NCBI GenBank assembly: GCA_964016885.1
Contig: OZ024743.1
Span: forward strand, 223,510,001-223,574,000
Direction: 5' to 3'
Length of the DNA: 64,000 nucleotides
Source of the DNA: Eledone cirrhosa
Taxonomy: Eukaryota
Every line of letters begins with the position of its first letter. Within the stretch, counting starts at the first letter, position 1. Under the pieces are notes generated by a model. That model did no database searches. It was not told the DNA's origin and saw nothing but the letters and a program-made list of their open reading frames with translations. A program made the position numbers and the translations under genes. Shown in pieces: positions 40,901-54,112 of this stretch.

Positions 40901-43900
40901 GTAGGTAGATGGACAGGCAGACAGGTGGATAGATGGACTGATAGACAGGTAGATTGACAATAGGTAGATGGACAGGTAAGTTTCTTTTATTTGCCACTAG
41001 GGCATCAAAAGTGGGACAAGTACAAAGGGGGGAGTTTACACAAAAAGGCGTCCTCAATAAGGAGGAGGCAATAACAAAATATAAAAATAAAATAAGATAT
41101 AACAAAAAATAAAATTTTTAACAAAATCCTCAATAGAGAGGAGGCGCCTTGGGGGGTCGCACACACCCCCGAAAAAAGTGTGCAACCCTTTTCCTCAGGA
41201 GCACAGAGAGGGGGTGCTCCCTCGTTCCTTCCTCTTTTCCACCTACAGGCTTATGTAAAGAGAAGGCCCATTCACACGGGCCATTCTCGCCACTTTCACC
41301 CACCTTTCATAAAAACGACTGGGGTGCAGCACCTCTCTCTCCATCCTGATCCTTCTTCCGAAATGATATCGGAAGAAACGGACCAGTTGTTGGCCAGAGA
41401 GAAAGGTGCCTGACCTCAGTCCTTTCAGACGCGTCCACCATACAACCTCTTTCGCCATGGCTATTACGCACAGAAACACCGCCTCTGCTTCATCTTTGAA
41501 GGGGGGAGGCGGCTTGATCATTACAATAGACTCGGTGGTCAACCGGATCGGTCCCACCCTTGACAGCAGTTGTTCGACATAGCCCCACAGATCGGCTACG
41601 CCCGAGCAGTGTACCAATGCGTGTGCAACGGTTTCCTCGTCGCACACGCATCTGGGACAGATCTTTTTGGCGGGGTCCCTACCCGGGCGCCCGTGTCTGT
41701 AGAGCCTTTCTCGAACGGGTAAAGCCCCTCGGTAGCACTGCCAGGCCAGGGACTTCTGGAAGTTGTCCATAGGTCCCGGGCTGAATGTCCTACCGAACAG
41801 GCTGGCCAGTTCGTCCTCCTCCATGTCTAGGGCTTCTCCGAGGGCGTCGTCGCACCTGCTGCGTACCAGCCCTCTATAGAATGTTGCGGTGGAGTCTCCA
41901 CTGATAACCGGATCCGCCTGCCAGAGGGCGGTGAGCGCCTGGGCACACTCAGTGTGCCAGGCGCCCAGTTTTCTCGGTCTTTGCTTGACCCAGGATTGCA
42001 GCTCGGTGAGTGAGACGAGTCTGGGAAAGGTTCGTCTCACAAACGAGGCCCACACCGGTTGTCCGGTGAGGAATACGTAGAGGTGCCGTAGCCTTAATGC
42101 GTGTTTACGCATCATTAGCCACGGCATCCCCAGCCCTCCTTTCGAAGGGTGTTGACAGCAGATGGATCTCCTCACCATAGGAGCCCGCCTCTTCCAAAGG
42201 AATTGGAAGAGCGCGCGCTCCATCTTGGTGAGGGTTTCCCTTGGGCAGGGCACTACGGTCAGGCGGTAGTAGATGACGGACGCTATATAAGTGTTCGCCA
42301 CCTCCGCCCGACCTTTCAGGGATAGTTTGCAACTGGCCCACTTCTGGGTCAGTGCAAACACCCTGTTCGTAACCTCCGCCCAGTTTTTCTCCACCTGGAG
42401 GTCCGGTCCGAACCAGACCCCGAGCAACTTCACCGGGCCCTCCGTCCAGCGTCCGACGACGCCATCAGAGGGCATCGGTCTGCCCCTCCACGTGCCGAGT
42501 TGCAAACCGATCGACTTGTCCCGGTTCAGCTTAGCCCCTGTGAACTTTTCGTACTCCTCCAGTAAGGTGCCGACCGCCTCGATTTCGGAGGCCGTCGACA
42601 CCATTACTGTCACATCATCGGCGTAGGCTGACACCGCTTTCCGCAATCCCGGTTCCAAAGGGATGCCCTGCAACAACTCCAACTTCCACAGTAGTGGCTC
42701 GAGAGTCAACACATACAGAAGGGAGGAGAGAGGGCACCCTTGTCGGATGGACCGCGCGATTTTGAACGGCTCCGAGAGGTAGCCGTTCACCTTGACCCTA
42801 GAGCAGATGCGGCTGCTGTGCATAGCAGTGATCCAGCCCCTGAAAACGGGTCCGAAGCCTGCCGCCGCTAGCACCGCATCCAGGTAACCATGGTCGACCC
42901 TATCGAACGCCTTAGATTGATCCAAGTTGATCAGAGCCCCACCAAAGCCGGGTTCGTTCCCAACCCTCTCTATGATGTATCGCATGAGGTGGAGGTTGTC
43001 ATGGATGGACCTGGACGGGATAGCGCATGTCTGCGCATCTCCCACCAGGTTGCCCACGACAAGCGCCAACCTCTTTGCTAGCACCTTGGCCAAAATCTGT
43101 AACTCTGTATTTAGCAGAGTTATGGGCCTGAAGTTACTTATTTCGTCCCCCTTGTTCTCGTCCTTCCTCACTAGCGTGACTACGCCCTTGGTCACAGTAC
43201 AGGGAATTCTCCCGTTCTGTTGCCAGTTGCAGTAGACCGCCTCGAGGAGATCGGGGAACAAGTCCGGCATAGCTAGATATAATTCGTAAGGAAGACCATC
43301 GAGACCCGGGGATTTGCATTTGCCGCATTGGCTCAGCACGTCCTCTATCTCAGCGGCCGAAATCGGCTCCTCGCAGGACTTCGCCTCCCTGTCCGAGAGG
43401 CGCGGCAGGCCGTCGAGGTATGGACCGAAGTCCACGTTCCCAACCGGCTCCCCGCCCCTCCCGAACAGTCGGGCAAAGTGCCTTTGAAAGGCCTCACACA
43501 TCTGCTTAGGCTCAAGAATCGCCCGTCCATCCAGGTCTCGCAAAGACCGGATGGTGGATTTAGTTCCACTGTTGGCCTCTGTCACGCGGGCCCAGCTAAC
43601 AGCTTTGGCCCCCTCGTTCCCTAGAGCACGTATTTTACTTCGGACAACGCAGCCTTCGTGCTTCGCGTCGAAAAACTGGCTCAAAGCCGTTCTCGACGCT
43701 AGCACTCTGGCCACGTCGCCGCTTCTAATTGCCTCTTCTACTCTATCTATTAGCTCCCTTTCCTTCCTATTCCTATCCGCAGCTAGAACCTTACTAAATT
43801 CAATCGAGACTACTCTAATCTCTCTCTTTAGAGATACCCACCACCTGCTGTTGACGATCGCTCCAGTCAGCCGTTCCTTAACTAACATACTAATCCGATT

Positions 43901-46104
43901 CCTGTAGGCTCTACTTGCTGGCAAGGACAAGTTGAGCTTCCAGTAACCGGGGCCCTGTCTATGCGTTCTATCAAGGTTGACCATGCAGGTCACCAACTTG
44001 TGGTCTGAATAGCCAACCATGAGCATTTCTGGACAACTTAAAAAGTCCCTGTCCTTATTTCTAACTAAAAATCTATCTAGGTACGATCTAGATGATCCGC
44101 TGCGATTTGACCAAGACCAGGTTGGCACCGTCGGAAAATCTAGTCGAAATCTATCGGCCAGGTCAAATCGGCCGAGTAACCCCTTGAGGCTGTTGCACCC
44201 CTCTCTATCGGGACATGCCCCTGCATAGTCCCAACGTGCATCCAGGATACCATTCCAATCCCCCACTAAAAGCAGGGAACGGGACGTCCCTAGAAAAGAC
44301 TCCAGACGCTGGAAAAGTCGGGCCGCTCTGTCCCAAAAGGAGCATATGCGGCTATCAGCCTAAAGGCTCTACCTTCACCACTGCCAAGGTCCAGCACCAC
44401 CAGTCGACCCCCTGGGTCCAAGTGAACTATCTGTGTTGCAAGGCCCATTTGTTTTTGCAGCAGAACGACAACCCCACCCCCACCTCCGGGCTGACAGAGA
44501 GATGCGTGCATCTCAAAGTCGTCAAAGGTGGGGGCTAGCTGCCGCATGTTGCTGATCCGGGCCTCGCAGATAACCATCACATTTATAGATTGTGACCCGA
44601 GGTCATTTAGAAGCATTGCTTGCTTCCAAGACGAGCCCAGGCCACGCGCATTTAGACACCCTACTCTTAGCACAGCCATGTTGGTGGTAAAGAGAAAAGG
44701 CACTTACCTCTCTGCGTCCCGGGAAACGGGCCGCTCAATTTCCATGCTGGTTGGGGATGGGTTGTTGGGTGGGGTGGTGGTTTGTGGAAGTGAAGGGGCA
44801 TCGGTGTGTTGTGGGGTTGGGGTGTTTGTCGTTGAGTGGGTGTCTGGGTGGGGTGGGGGGTGAAAATTTTTAGGAGGACGCGGTTGATTGGTTTGGCGCA
44901 GGGGGGGGCCCACGTCCTCCGTGAAATTTATTTTCAGTGTTTTGTACAACTGCATTGGGACTTTTATCATTTTCAAATGAGGTAGTCCCACAGCAGTTAT
45001 AAAGTTTGGCCCTTCAGTTTGGACCGAAGGGTTTGCTGAAATTGTTTTCCGTAATTCTTTGTTGTCTGTGTTCATGTATGTGTATTAAATATAGCTAGAT
45101 AGACAGATAGCTAGCTAAAGAGATAGATAGAAAGATATCTAGATAGACAGATAGATAGCTAAAGAGAGAGATTGGGAGCTAAAGAGAGAGACATATAGCT
45201 AAAGAGAGATAGGGAGAAGAGAGAGAGCAAGACAGCTAGCCAGACATATAGCTACATAGCTAGACTGATAGTTAAATAGATAGATGGACATTAACTGATA
45301 TAGATAGGTAGATAGACAGATAGACAGGCATGTACATAGATAAACAAATAGGTAGGTAGATAGATAGATAGACAGATAGATAGACAGATAGATAAATAAA
45401 TAGACCAATACATGGAGAAACAGAGAGGGAAGAATTTCATAACATTTTTTTGCAATGAAAGAAATATACGTAAAAAAGTAAAAAGACACAGATCCAATAT
45501 TCAAGATCAGCAGTTATGTGTGTTTTAGGGACAAAAAGTAATGACAGTAAGAGATAGAAATATGAAAATGTTTCCATAGGATTTTGGAAAGCTTAGTGAA
45601 AGGTGAAGCAAAAAATATAAATGTAAATATAAATAAAAAACCCCATAAAACAAAAGCAATGCCTAATCTCACCTGGAATCTTCAATTAAGCTAGATTGTC
45701 AAATAAAATGAAAGTAGCAAAAAGAAGTTATTATTTGAGTAATAATGATATAGCGTTCAGGTACTGGTCAACTTATAACTAAGAGACACAGGTAGATTAA
45801 TGAAGAGATTAGACATACAAATACTTGTATATGCATATTTGCATGTTTTAACCCTTTAGCATTTAAACTGGCCACATCCGACTAGAATTCTCTCACCTCT
45901 TTCTGTTCAAACCGGCTAAAACTGGTTGCTCATACTAACGTTAAGATATTGTTCTCAAAATAAATAATATCAAAATCTCAGATTTGCTATTATGTGAAAT
46001 AATTATGTAAGATAAAGCCTTTTTTGTGAAAATACAATAGTAAATGTAGAATAATATGAATGCTAAAGGATTAAATAAAATGTTAGTGTACTAATTTATA
46101 AACA

Positions 46105-46147
<43 letters not shown>

Positions 46148-49100
46148 CATTCTATGTCCACTTTCCATGCTGGCATAAATTGTCCTTACAGCCAGTTGTC
46201 ATTCCTGACACCAACTCTCTCAGTCACCTTTTACAACACTTAAAGCTATGAAGTACTGTATATATATATATTTCCTCATTGACTACATCATGTACAGAGA
46301 GAAGTTGGACTTATTTATAGCAGTTATAAAGTAATGTATCACAAAGTACACTGAACATCCAAAATACAAAATAATCTCGAAATTCTGACTACAAAAAAAA
46401 AAAGAAGATTTTTGTATATATCAACATCAGAATACTCTAGAGCTTTGTTGGACAAGGATTTTACAGATTTTGAACTCTGGCACCAGAGTTTACAAATTTT
46501 GAACTCTAATGTACCAGAGTTTACAAATTGACTGGTCATTTAAACATCAGCTTTTGTGAGAAACTCACATTTATGATACTACAAAGCCTTAGCTTTCAGA
46601 TATAGTAATTCACACAAAGAAACATTGTGGTTGTAGTTTTGCTCTAAGTCAGCCCTGATCTTGGAGACCTATGATTATAGAGTTTCTAGCTGTGACCATA
46701 CTATTTTTGGGGTATCATGGACAATATATAGTTCAATCTATCTTTTTTTAAGATAGTAGCATGTGATTTGCAGGGAATTTGACTGCTATTTCTGGTAGGT
46801 TGAGCAACCATAAAAAAGTTCTGTTTGACTTGTACACATATGAAATTTCATACTGAGATGTAATGCCTCACACATATCATCACTATCATCACCATCATCA
46901 TCATCATCATCATCATTTAACATACATTTTCCCTGCTAGCAAGGGTTAGACATATATAGAATAAAAATTGGAAGAGGTGGCAGCCCTTCTCTTTTCTTAA
47001 AGGGCATTAGCAAATGAGGTAAAGTGGTTTTGACAGGAAATCAACAATAGGTTAGCCCTTTAGCATTTAAACTGGCCGTATCCAGCCAGAATTCTCTCAG
47101 CTCAATTCTGTTCAAACTGACTGTAACCATACTGATGTTAAGGTATAGTTCTCAAAATAAATAACATCAAAATCTCATAGATTCGAGATTATGTGAGATA
47201 ATTATGCGAGGTAAGGCCTTTGACACGAAAATATAGTATATATATAGAGTAATGTAAATGCTAAGGTTAAACATAGTCAGCTGTTATTTTAACTGATGTA
47301 TCACAGAATACAAAGCATTCAATTAGCAGAATCATTTGAGCATCAGCCTTACAATAATTATTTAACCTCTTTGTATTCTGAGTTTAAATATCCTGCCAAG
47401 GTTAACTATCTTTGCCATCTCCCTGGGGTTCATAAATAAAGTACCTGTCAAGTAATCAGGCCAATTCTTCCTTCCTTCTTTCTCTCTCAGCTATGCTGCA
47501 TTGTTAGAGGGACATGGGGCACCACAAGAAATAGAGGAAGGCTAAGTTAGGGGACAGTAACCCTTTCTCATCTAGTGTGCTACAAAAACTATCCAAAGAA
47601 ACAATAGGAACCATGGCAAGTGTGAAGAGACCCATGTATTGTACAACTCAGCAAGGTTAAATAAAAATAAATGGAAGAATATTGCTCTGAAGATCCCAAA
47701 CACAATTGTCTGAAAACAATGAGTGTTGGACCCTCTGTCAGTTCCAATGACAAGTGTTCCAGTTGCTGTACTCAACAGAACAGTCTGCTAATGAAATTAA
47801 CATGCAAGTGACAGCATTCTACACACAAAAAGTGAAATCTCACACAAAAAGTAAATTCTCAGAGAATGGAAGCAAAGGAAAAGAAAAGTGTTTCATTCCA
47901 TTTCTAGTCAATGCTATTCAAATCTCTTTGTCTCTTTGGTTGGATATCAAATACTCCAGCTAAGTTGGCTGATATAACAGAAATTGTTTGAGATAGACAC
48001 AAAGTTTGAGATTTATGGAGGAAGGAAATGTTGGTTTTGAATAGTGTTTGGTCAGAACTGTTGGGTCAGACACATAGTACAAAGGAAAAGAGGGAGATTA
48101 TTGAAAATATCAATCAATGCTCTAGCTCTGATTAGCTTGTTTCTATTATGGACATGTTCTCATAAGACCAAAAACATGTAGCTCCCTCCCTTTTGAAGAT
48201 GGTAGGGAAGTTTATTTGGGGATATTTAGATGTTCAATTTAGAAAGTTGAGTAACAAATGATTTAAACTCTCCCATATTTACTTGGCTTATGTAGTGAGA
48301 TGAGAACTATTGACCTGATAGATGTTTGCTCAAAGATAAAAAAAAAATTTGATAATGTTTTGGGGAAAAGGTAAAAAAGTATGAATATCAGATTTTTATT
48401 TCATCTTCCTCATAAATCAAAATCTCCCTGTCCATGTTAATTAACAATTAAAAGAAGGACAAAAAATGCTATTATTACAATAATGAAAAAAACACACACA
48501 AGAAAATTTGGTTAACAATAATGGTAAAAATGTTTTAGAAAGAACAGAAATATTCCTTTAGAAGAAATATTAAAACATGGAAAAGTAATTTATAGAATAA
48601 AGAGAAAAAAAAATGTATTTGTGAGTTTTATATCAAATAATAATAATAATAATAATAATATTCAAGTCATTTTCAAGCAAACAGCCTCATAACGCTATGT
48701 TTTTTTAGATGATCATTGCCATTCTTATGTTCTAGCGGTCTAGAAAAAAGGATGGGGATGGTCGTCTAAAAAAACATAGCATAATGAGGCTGTTTGCTTG
48801 CAAATGAATCGATTATTATTATTATTTGATATGAAACTCATGAATGCATTTATGTATCTGCTATGTTAGAGCAAAAAATCAAATTCTAATTTTGTTTTTA
48901 GAAAAAATAATATTTACCTCTTGAACAATTCTTCCAATTCACTCCTTCTTGTAAGAAGATGGTAGAATTTCACAAACTCTTCACTGTCCAAACTTTGCTT
49001 ACCATGACGGTTCACTGTTTTGTTTGTGTTTGCTTCCTTTAAAAGAAACCAAAAAAACAACAATTATAACAATTCAGTAATTTATTATGACTATTATTTG

Positions 49101-51443
49101 TAGTAACAGTAAAATTGTAATCTCTATGTTAATTGATTATATGTGAAAGCCCTTGTGGCTAATAAAGAAATTATCATCATGATTATGATTAATAGTATTA
49201 TATTTATTATGGTGATTGCCCAGCCCAGTCAAATCCAGTCAAGCCAAGATTAACCCAACTCAGTTTAACCCAACCCAACCCAGCCCAGCCCTGCATAACC
49301 TAACCCAGCCTAACCTAGCTCAGCCTAACCCAACCCAACCCAACCTAGTACAGCTCAGCCGAACCCAGCCCAGTCTAGTCTCATCCAGCCTTGCCTAATC
49401 CAGCCCAGCTCAGCCCAGTCCATCCAAACCCTATCCAACACATTGTTCTGTGTTTGATCTTGTTCTGCAGCACCTTGGGAAAGTCTCTTTTGCCATAGCC
49501 TCTAGCTGACTAATACCTTTGTAAGTGGAATTTAGTAGGCAAAGACTCTACAGAAACCTGTCATGTGTGTATGTGTGCATGTATATATTGGCAAAGGACA
49601 TAAACACTTGTGAAAAACCAGTGCTCTTGGAACAAAGTTCATTGTGAGGACAAAATCCTTTATACTGAATCAGAGACTGTTCAGTTGGTTGGATAGCTGA
49701 AACAACCAATTGTGATATAAAATAAATAAATAAATGATATAAAAAGAAAGAAAAAAAAAAACAAAGGAAATCACATTGAAAATCTGTTCAATGTATTTTT
49801 TCTTCATTGAAGCATTCAGTTCTTTCAGTAATTTAATCACTTCCTCGAAATCTACTTCACCATCAGAGTTTTTGTCAGCATTTAAAAAAGCATCTTTAAT
49901 CCATGTGAAAGTACTGGTTAAGGAGACTATGGTACTGGTTAATATTGCAATAATATGAACAGAGACTGAGTAAAAATAGATACATGAACAGGAACTACAT
50001 GCATGGCTGCATAGCTAAGTAGTTTACTTCACAATAATGTAGTATTGGGATTGATATCACAGTGTGGCACAAGGAATTGTTTTTTGTGTCAACCCCAATT
50101 TTGTGAGTGAGAAACTGTGTGGAAACTTATCAGATGTGCTGTAATTTTTTTTTTTTAGTTTCACTCAGTTGTTTTAATTGTCCTAATAAATATTATTTAG
50201 TCAACTGATAACTAAACACAAACTAACTACTTTTTGATCATTAATTAACTAGATATGCCATTCTGAGTTCAAATCCCGCCGAGGTTAACTTTGCCTTTCA
50301 TCCTTATGGGGCCGATAAAATACAGTACTAGTAATGCACTGGGTAATTACTGGCCTTGTGCCAAAAAGTAGAAGCAATTAATTAACTAGATATAAAAACC
50401 TCCTCACAATTTTATATATGAACCTTTGTTAAGTACAATTCAACATTATTACTCCAGCGATGCTAGCCCAAATGGGTGTGGGGGAGCATTTTCTGGTGTG
50501 TAGGAACCCATGTGCAGGCTGCCTCATGGACCCAGTGGATAGAATGGACTATAATTGTAATTCAAACAGCCAGCTTTGTCTCACAATGTATTATGCTGAT
50601 TCTACCTGAAGATTACATTAAGGGTATATTTATCTGTGGAATTGTAAGCCATTTACATGCTAATACAATGATTTAGTTTATGAAACAACTGGAATACTCA
50701 TCGCTGAAACTGGCAGAGATTCTATTCATTTTTACGTTCTACGTAATGCAAACACAGCCAGACAATAGCAGCATTTGCCAACTGGTGGTCTGAGAGAAAA
50801 TGTTGGTGGTCCACAGAAAAATTTGGACATTATTTGCAATTTTTATGTTTTATTAATAATAAAACAAGAATAATATTTGGTTAAAATATATTTTATAACC
50901 CTCCTAAAATATGTTTTAATAGGTCTATTTCATATTAATAAAATGGAAATTCTTTGATCATAAAAAAAAAAAAAAATAAATAAAAAACCAAATAAAGAAA
51001 CCATTATTTTACAAATGTATTTATCTTTTTAAAAACATTCATATTAATGGTTTGCCGGATTAAAAATTATGAATTTAGTGGTCCGTAAGGTCTGAAAGGT
51101 TGGCAACCACTGGACAATAGGATAAATCTGAACATCAATTTACAAAATAAATGTCGCATTTAAAATGTCTGCTATTGTAGTTATTTAGCTTCAAGTCAAC
51201 CTTAATCAAGTAGCTCTATTCTAGCCATGATGTCCTTGTTTGTTTGCATATCCAGTATTACATCATTCTATGTATCTTCCATTTTTAAGATACCTGCACA
51301 CTTGTTTTTGTTTAACACCTGGTTAGCACTGAAGCAGCAGACATTCCAGCCAGGACCATCCTGTCATTTTATAACCATGTTATCCAATGTGTTGCTTTTT
51401 AGAATATGAGGAAAAATTGGCTGCTATTTCTGGCAGGTCAAGT

Positions 51444-51522
<79 letters not shown>

Positions 51523-54074
51523 CGCGCGTGCGTGTGTGTGTGTGTGTGTATGATTGCGACAAAAGATTTGGTTGGTTATTACATTGCTAAAAACAATTTG
51601 GTTGGTTATTACATTGCTAAAAACAATTTGGTTGGTTATTACATTGCTAAAAACAATTTGGTTGGTTATTACATTGCTAAAAAAAACAATTTGAAATAAT
51701 ATTTCATAAAACAATTTAAGAAAAATCAAACAAAAGGATATCTATCATATTCTAGCTCTTGTAGGGCAGTTTTTTCAGAGTCGATCACATGACGAAGTCC
51801 CCGTACCCATACATCCCTGAGACCTTCAGTGGGACTCAACAGAGTGACAAGGTTATGACGGGCACCAACCACAATGCTGAAACATTGTTCTTTCTGGGGG
51901 AAAAAAAGGATAAAAGGAAAAACAAAGAATTAACATCAAATCTCCAAACAAAAACAAAACAAAAAGAAAAATGAAAAACATATAGAACAAAATCAAATTT
52001 CAATAGTATCCAGATATACTCACACAGAGACATACAGGCATACACCCAGATATAGAGACAGACATCCACACACAGGGATAGAAAAATAGGCATGTAACCA
52101 CATAGAGACAGACACATACACACAGATGTCCATCCAGTAGTGAAGTGGTTTGAACTACTTCCCTACTGGATGGACGTGCATGGCCACCGGCATATCACAA
52201 TTATTGCATAAATGCACCAATGATTGTGTAAGCATCTGATGAAGACACATGAATAACCATGTAACAGAAATATATATAATGCAATAAACAATTATAGTGA
52301 TTTAATCCTGTCTTAACTACCTTTATTTGATAAATGAATACTCCGTCACTCAATATCACCTACCTGAGATAAACTACTGATGTGTAGTGCTTTGGATCCC
52401 TAGGACCGGCTTATCAGGAAGTTACTATGTAACAACTAAGATGAACAACACTCTTGTGCAACACACACACATACACATATATACCCCATCCCACACCCCC
52501 TACTCCATCCTCTATCTTCCCATTCCTGTCCACTGTAAAGTGGTCATGTAGGTGACACGACAAAAAGCACGACAAAAAGTCCACACTGTAAATGTGGTTG
52601 GTGTTAGGAAGGACGTCCAGCCATAGAAAACCTGCCAGAAACAGTTCTGTATGAGCGAGACACGGTCTTCTGGCCAATCTCACCTCAAGTGGAACAAAAC
52701 TGTCCAACCCATGCTAGCATAGAAGATCGACATTAGATGATGATGATGATGATATATAGAAAATTACAAAAATGTTTAAAAACACCATAATCCAGATGAA
52801 TGGGAATAGCTTTCATTGTGTAACACTTAGATGTGTTTCATCATATACGTTATATATGGAATATGGTGTTTTTAAACATTTTTGTAATTTTCTATATACA
52901 CTCCATAAATTACACTTGGAAGCTATATAACTACCACAGGAATAATTTGGAATAATTTGTATGTTGAGTAAACACTACTGTAAGTGGTCTTTGATTCTTG
53001 TTGAACAATCAATTTAATTGATTACACAAATGGAATTTGAATGATTCTATATATATATATATATATAAGTAAAAATTAGCGAGAATCGAATTTCAGCCTA
53101 TGAAATAACAAAAAAACACTTTTGAATTGTGAGGCAAGCGCTCAATAATTCAAAAGAATTAGAGCTTACAACTTACGTTAAAGGCCAAACACACTGAGAT
53201 GGTGGTTAAACTAATTATCCACACAGCGAAGATTCGATCTCCTATTTCGGGTCAAACAGATATACAGATATAAAAAAATTTGAAAGCATAAATAGAGAGA
53301 CAGATAAAATTAAAAGAGTTGATGTCAGCTCAGGGTACAATCAAGGTGATGGGACCTGTCTCTTTTTGAACATTAATTGTACCGTGAGCTGATCGATATC
53401 AAAACAATTGTAATATGCAAATAAAGTTTGTACATGTGCTGCAACATTATCTTTGACTCTTTTAAATATATCTACACTCTGCACACTACAGCCATAACTC
53501 TGGAATACAACCCAAATGAAATGAAACTTAACAGCATCGAGAGCTTCGGATGGCGTGTCACCTATAACTATTGTTACACACTTAACTAATACACACACAC
53601 ACACTAATATATCATCATCATCATCAGCATCATTTTTACGTCTGCTTTTCCCTGCTTGCAAGGGAGGGACAGGTCCTATTCAGCACAGTATCTCTCCATT
53701 CGTCATGGTCCTTTGTCATCTCTTCTGTGAGATTCAGTGATCTGAGGTCAGCTCTCACCACCTCTGCCCATGAATTTCGTGGTCTACCTCTACTACGTCT
53801 TCCTTCAACTGGCATTTCTTAATACTTCTTTACCCAGTGGTCATCCTCCATGCACATCACATATTTATATATATATAGAGAACTAAAACTTTAATCTGTT
53901 CTTATAATAAATAATTGCTCTACGGGTTTTTATATTTATATATATATATATATATATATTATAACTGAACAAAAAAGAAAAACAAACACAGACATTTACA
54001 TATATGTGTTCAAATCATAATGGACCAGAATTGCTAAGGTGAAAAAAATACTAACTACAGACAATAGGGTTTGG

Positions 54075-54112
<38 letters not shown>

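Larger units (their letters stand above)
49905..51741 (-). other. U12-type (minor spliceosome) AT-AC intron, 1837 nt
   Basis: 5' end ATATCCTTTTG; branch site TCCTTAAC at 49924-49917; 3' end CAC at 49907-49905; splicing gives in-frame GAT AG|A TGG (D-R-W). Confidence 0.93.

Noticed and set aside
36202-41105. Long ORFs (up to 514 aa) of repeated [16 protein letters not shown] or LSIY
   Set aside because: Translations of minisatellite and microsatellite DNA on both strands; no coding evidence.
53341-53661. 106-aa minus-strand ORF
   Set aside because: Starts in an RTE tail and microsatellite; no domain similarity; not needed for the spliced PLC frame.
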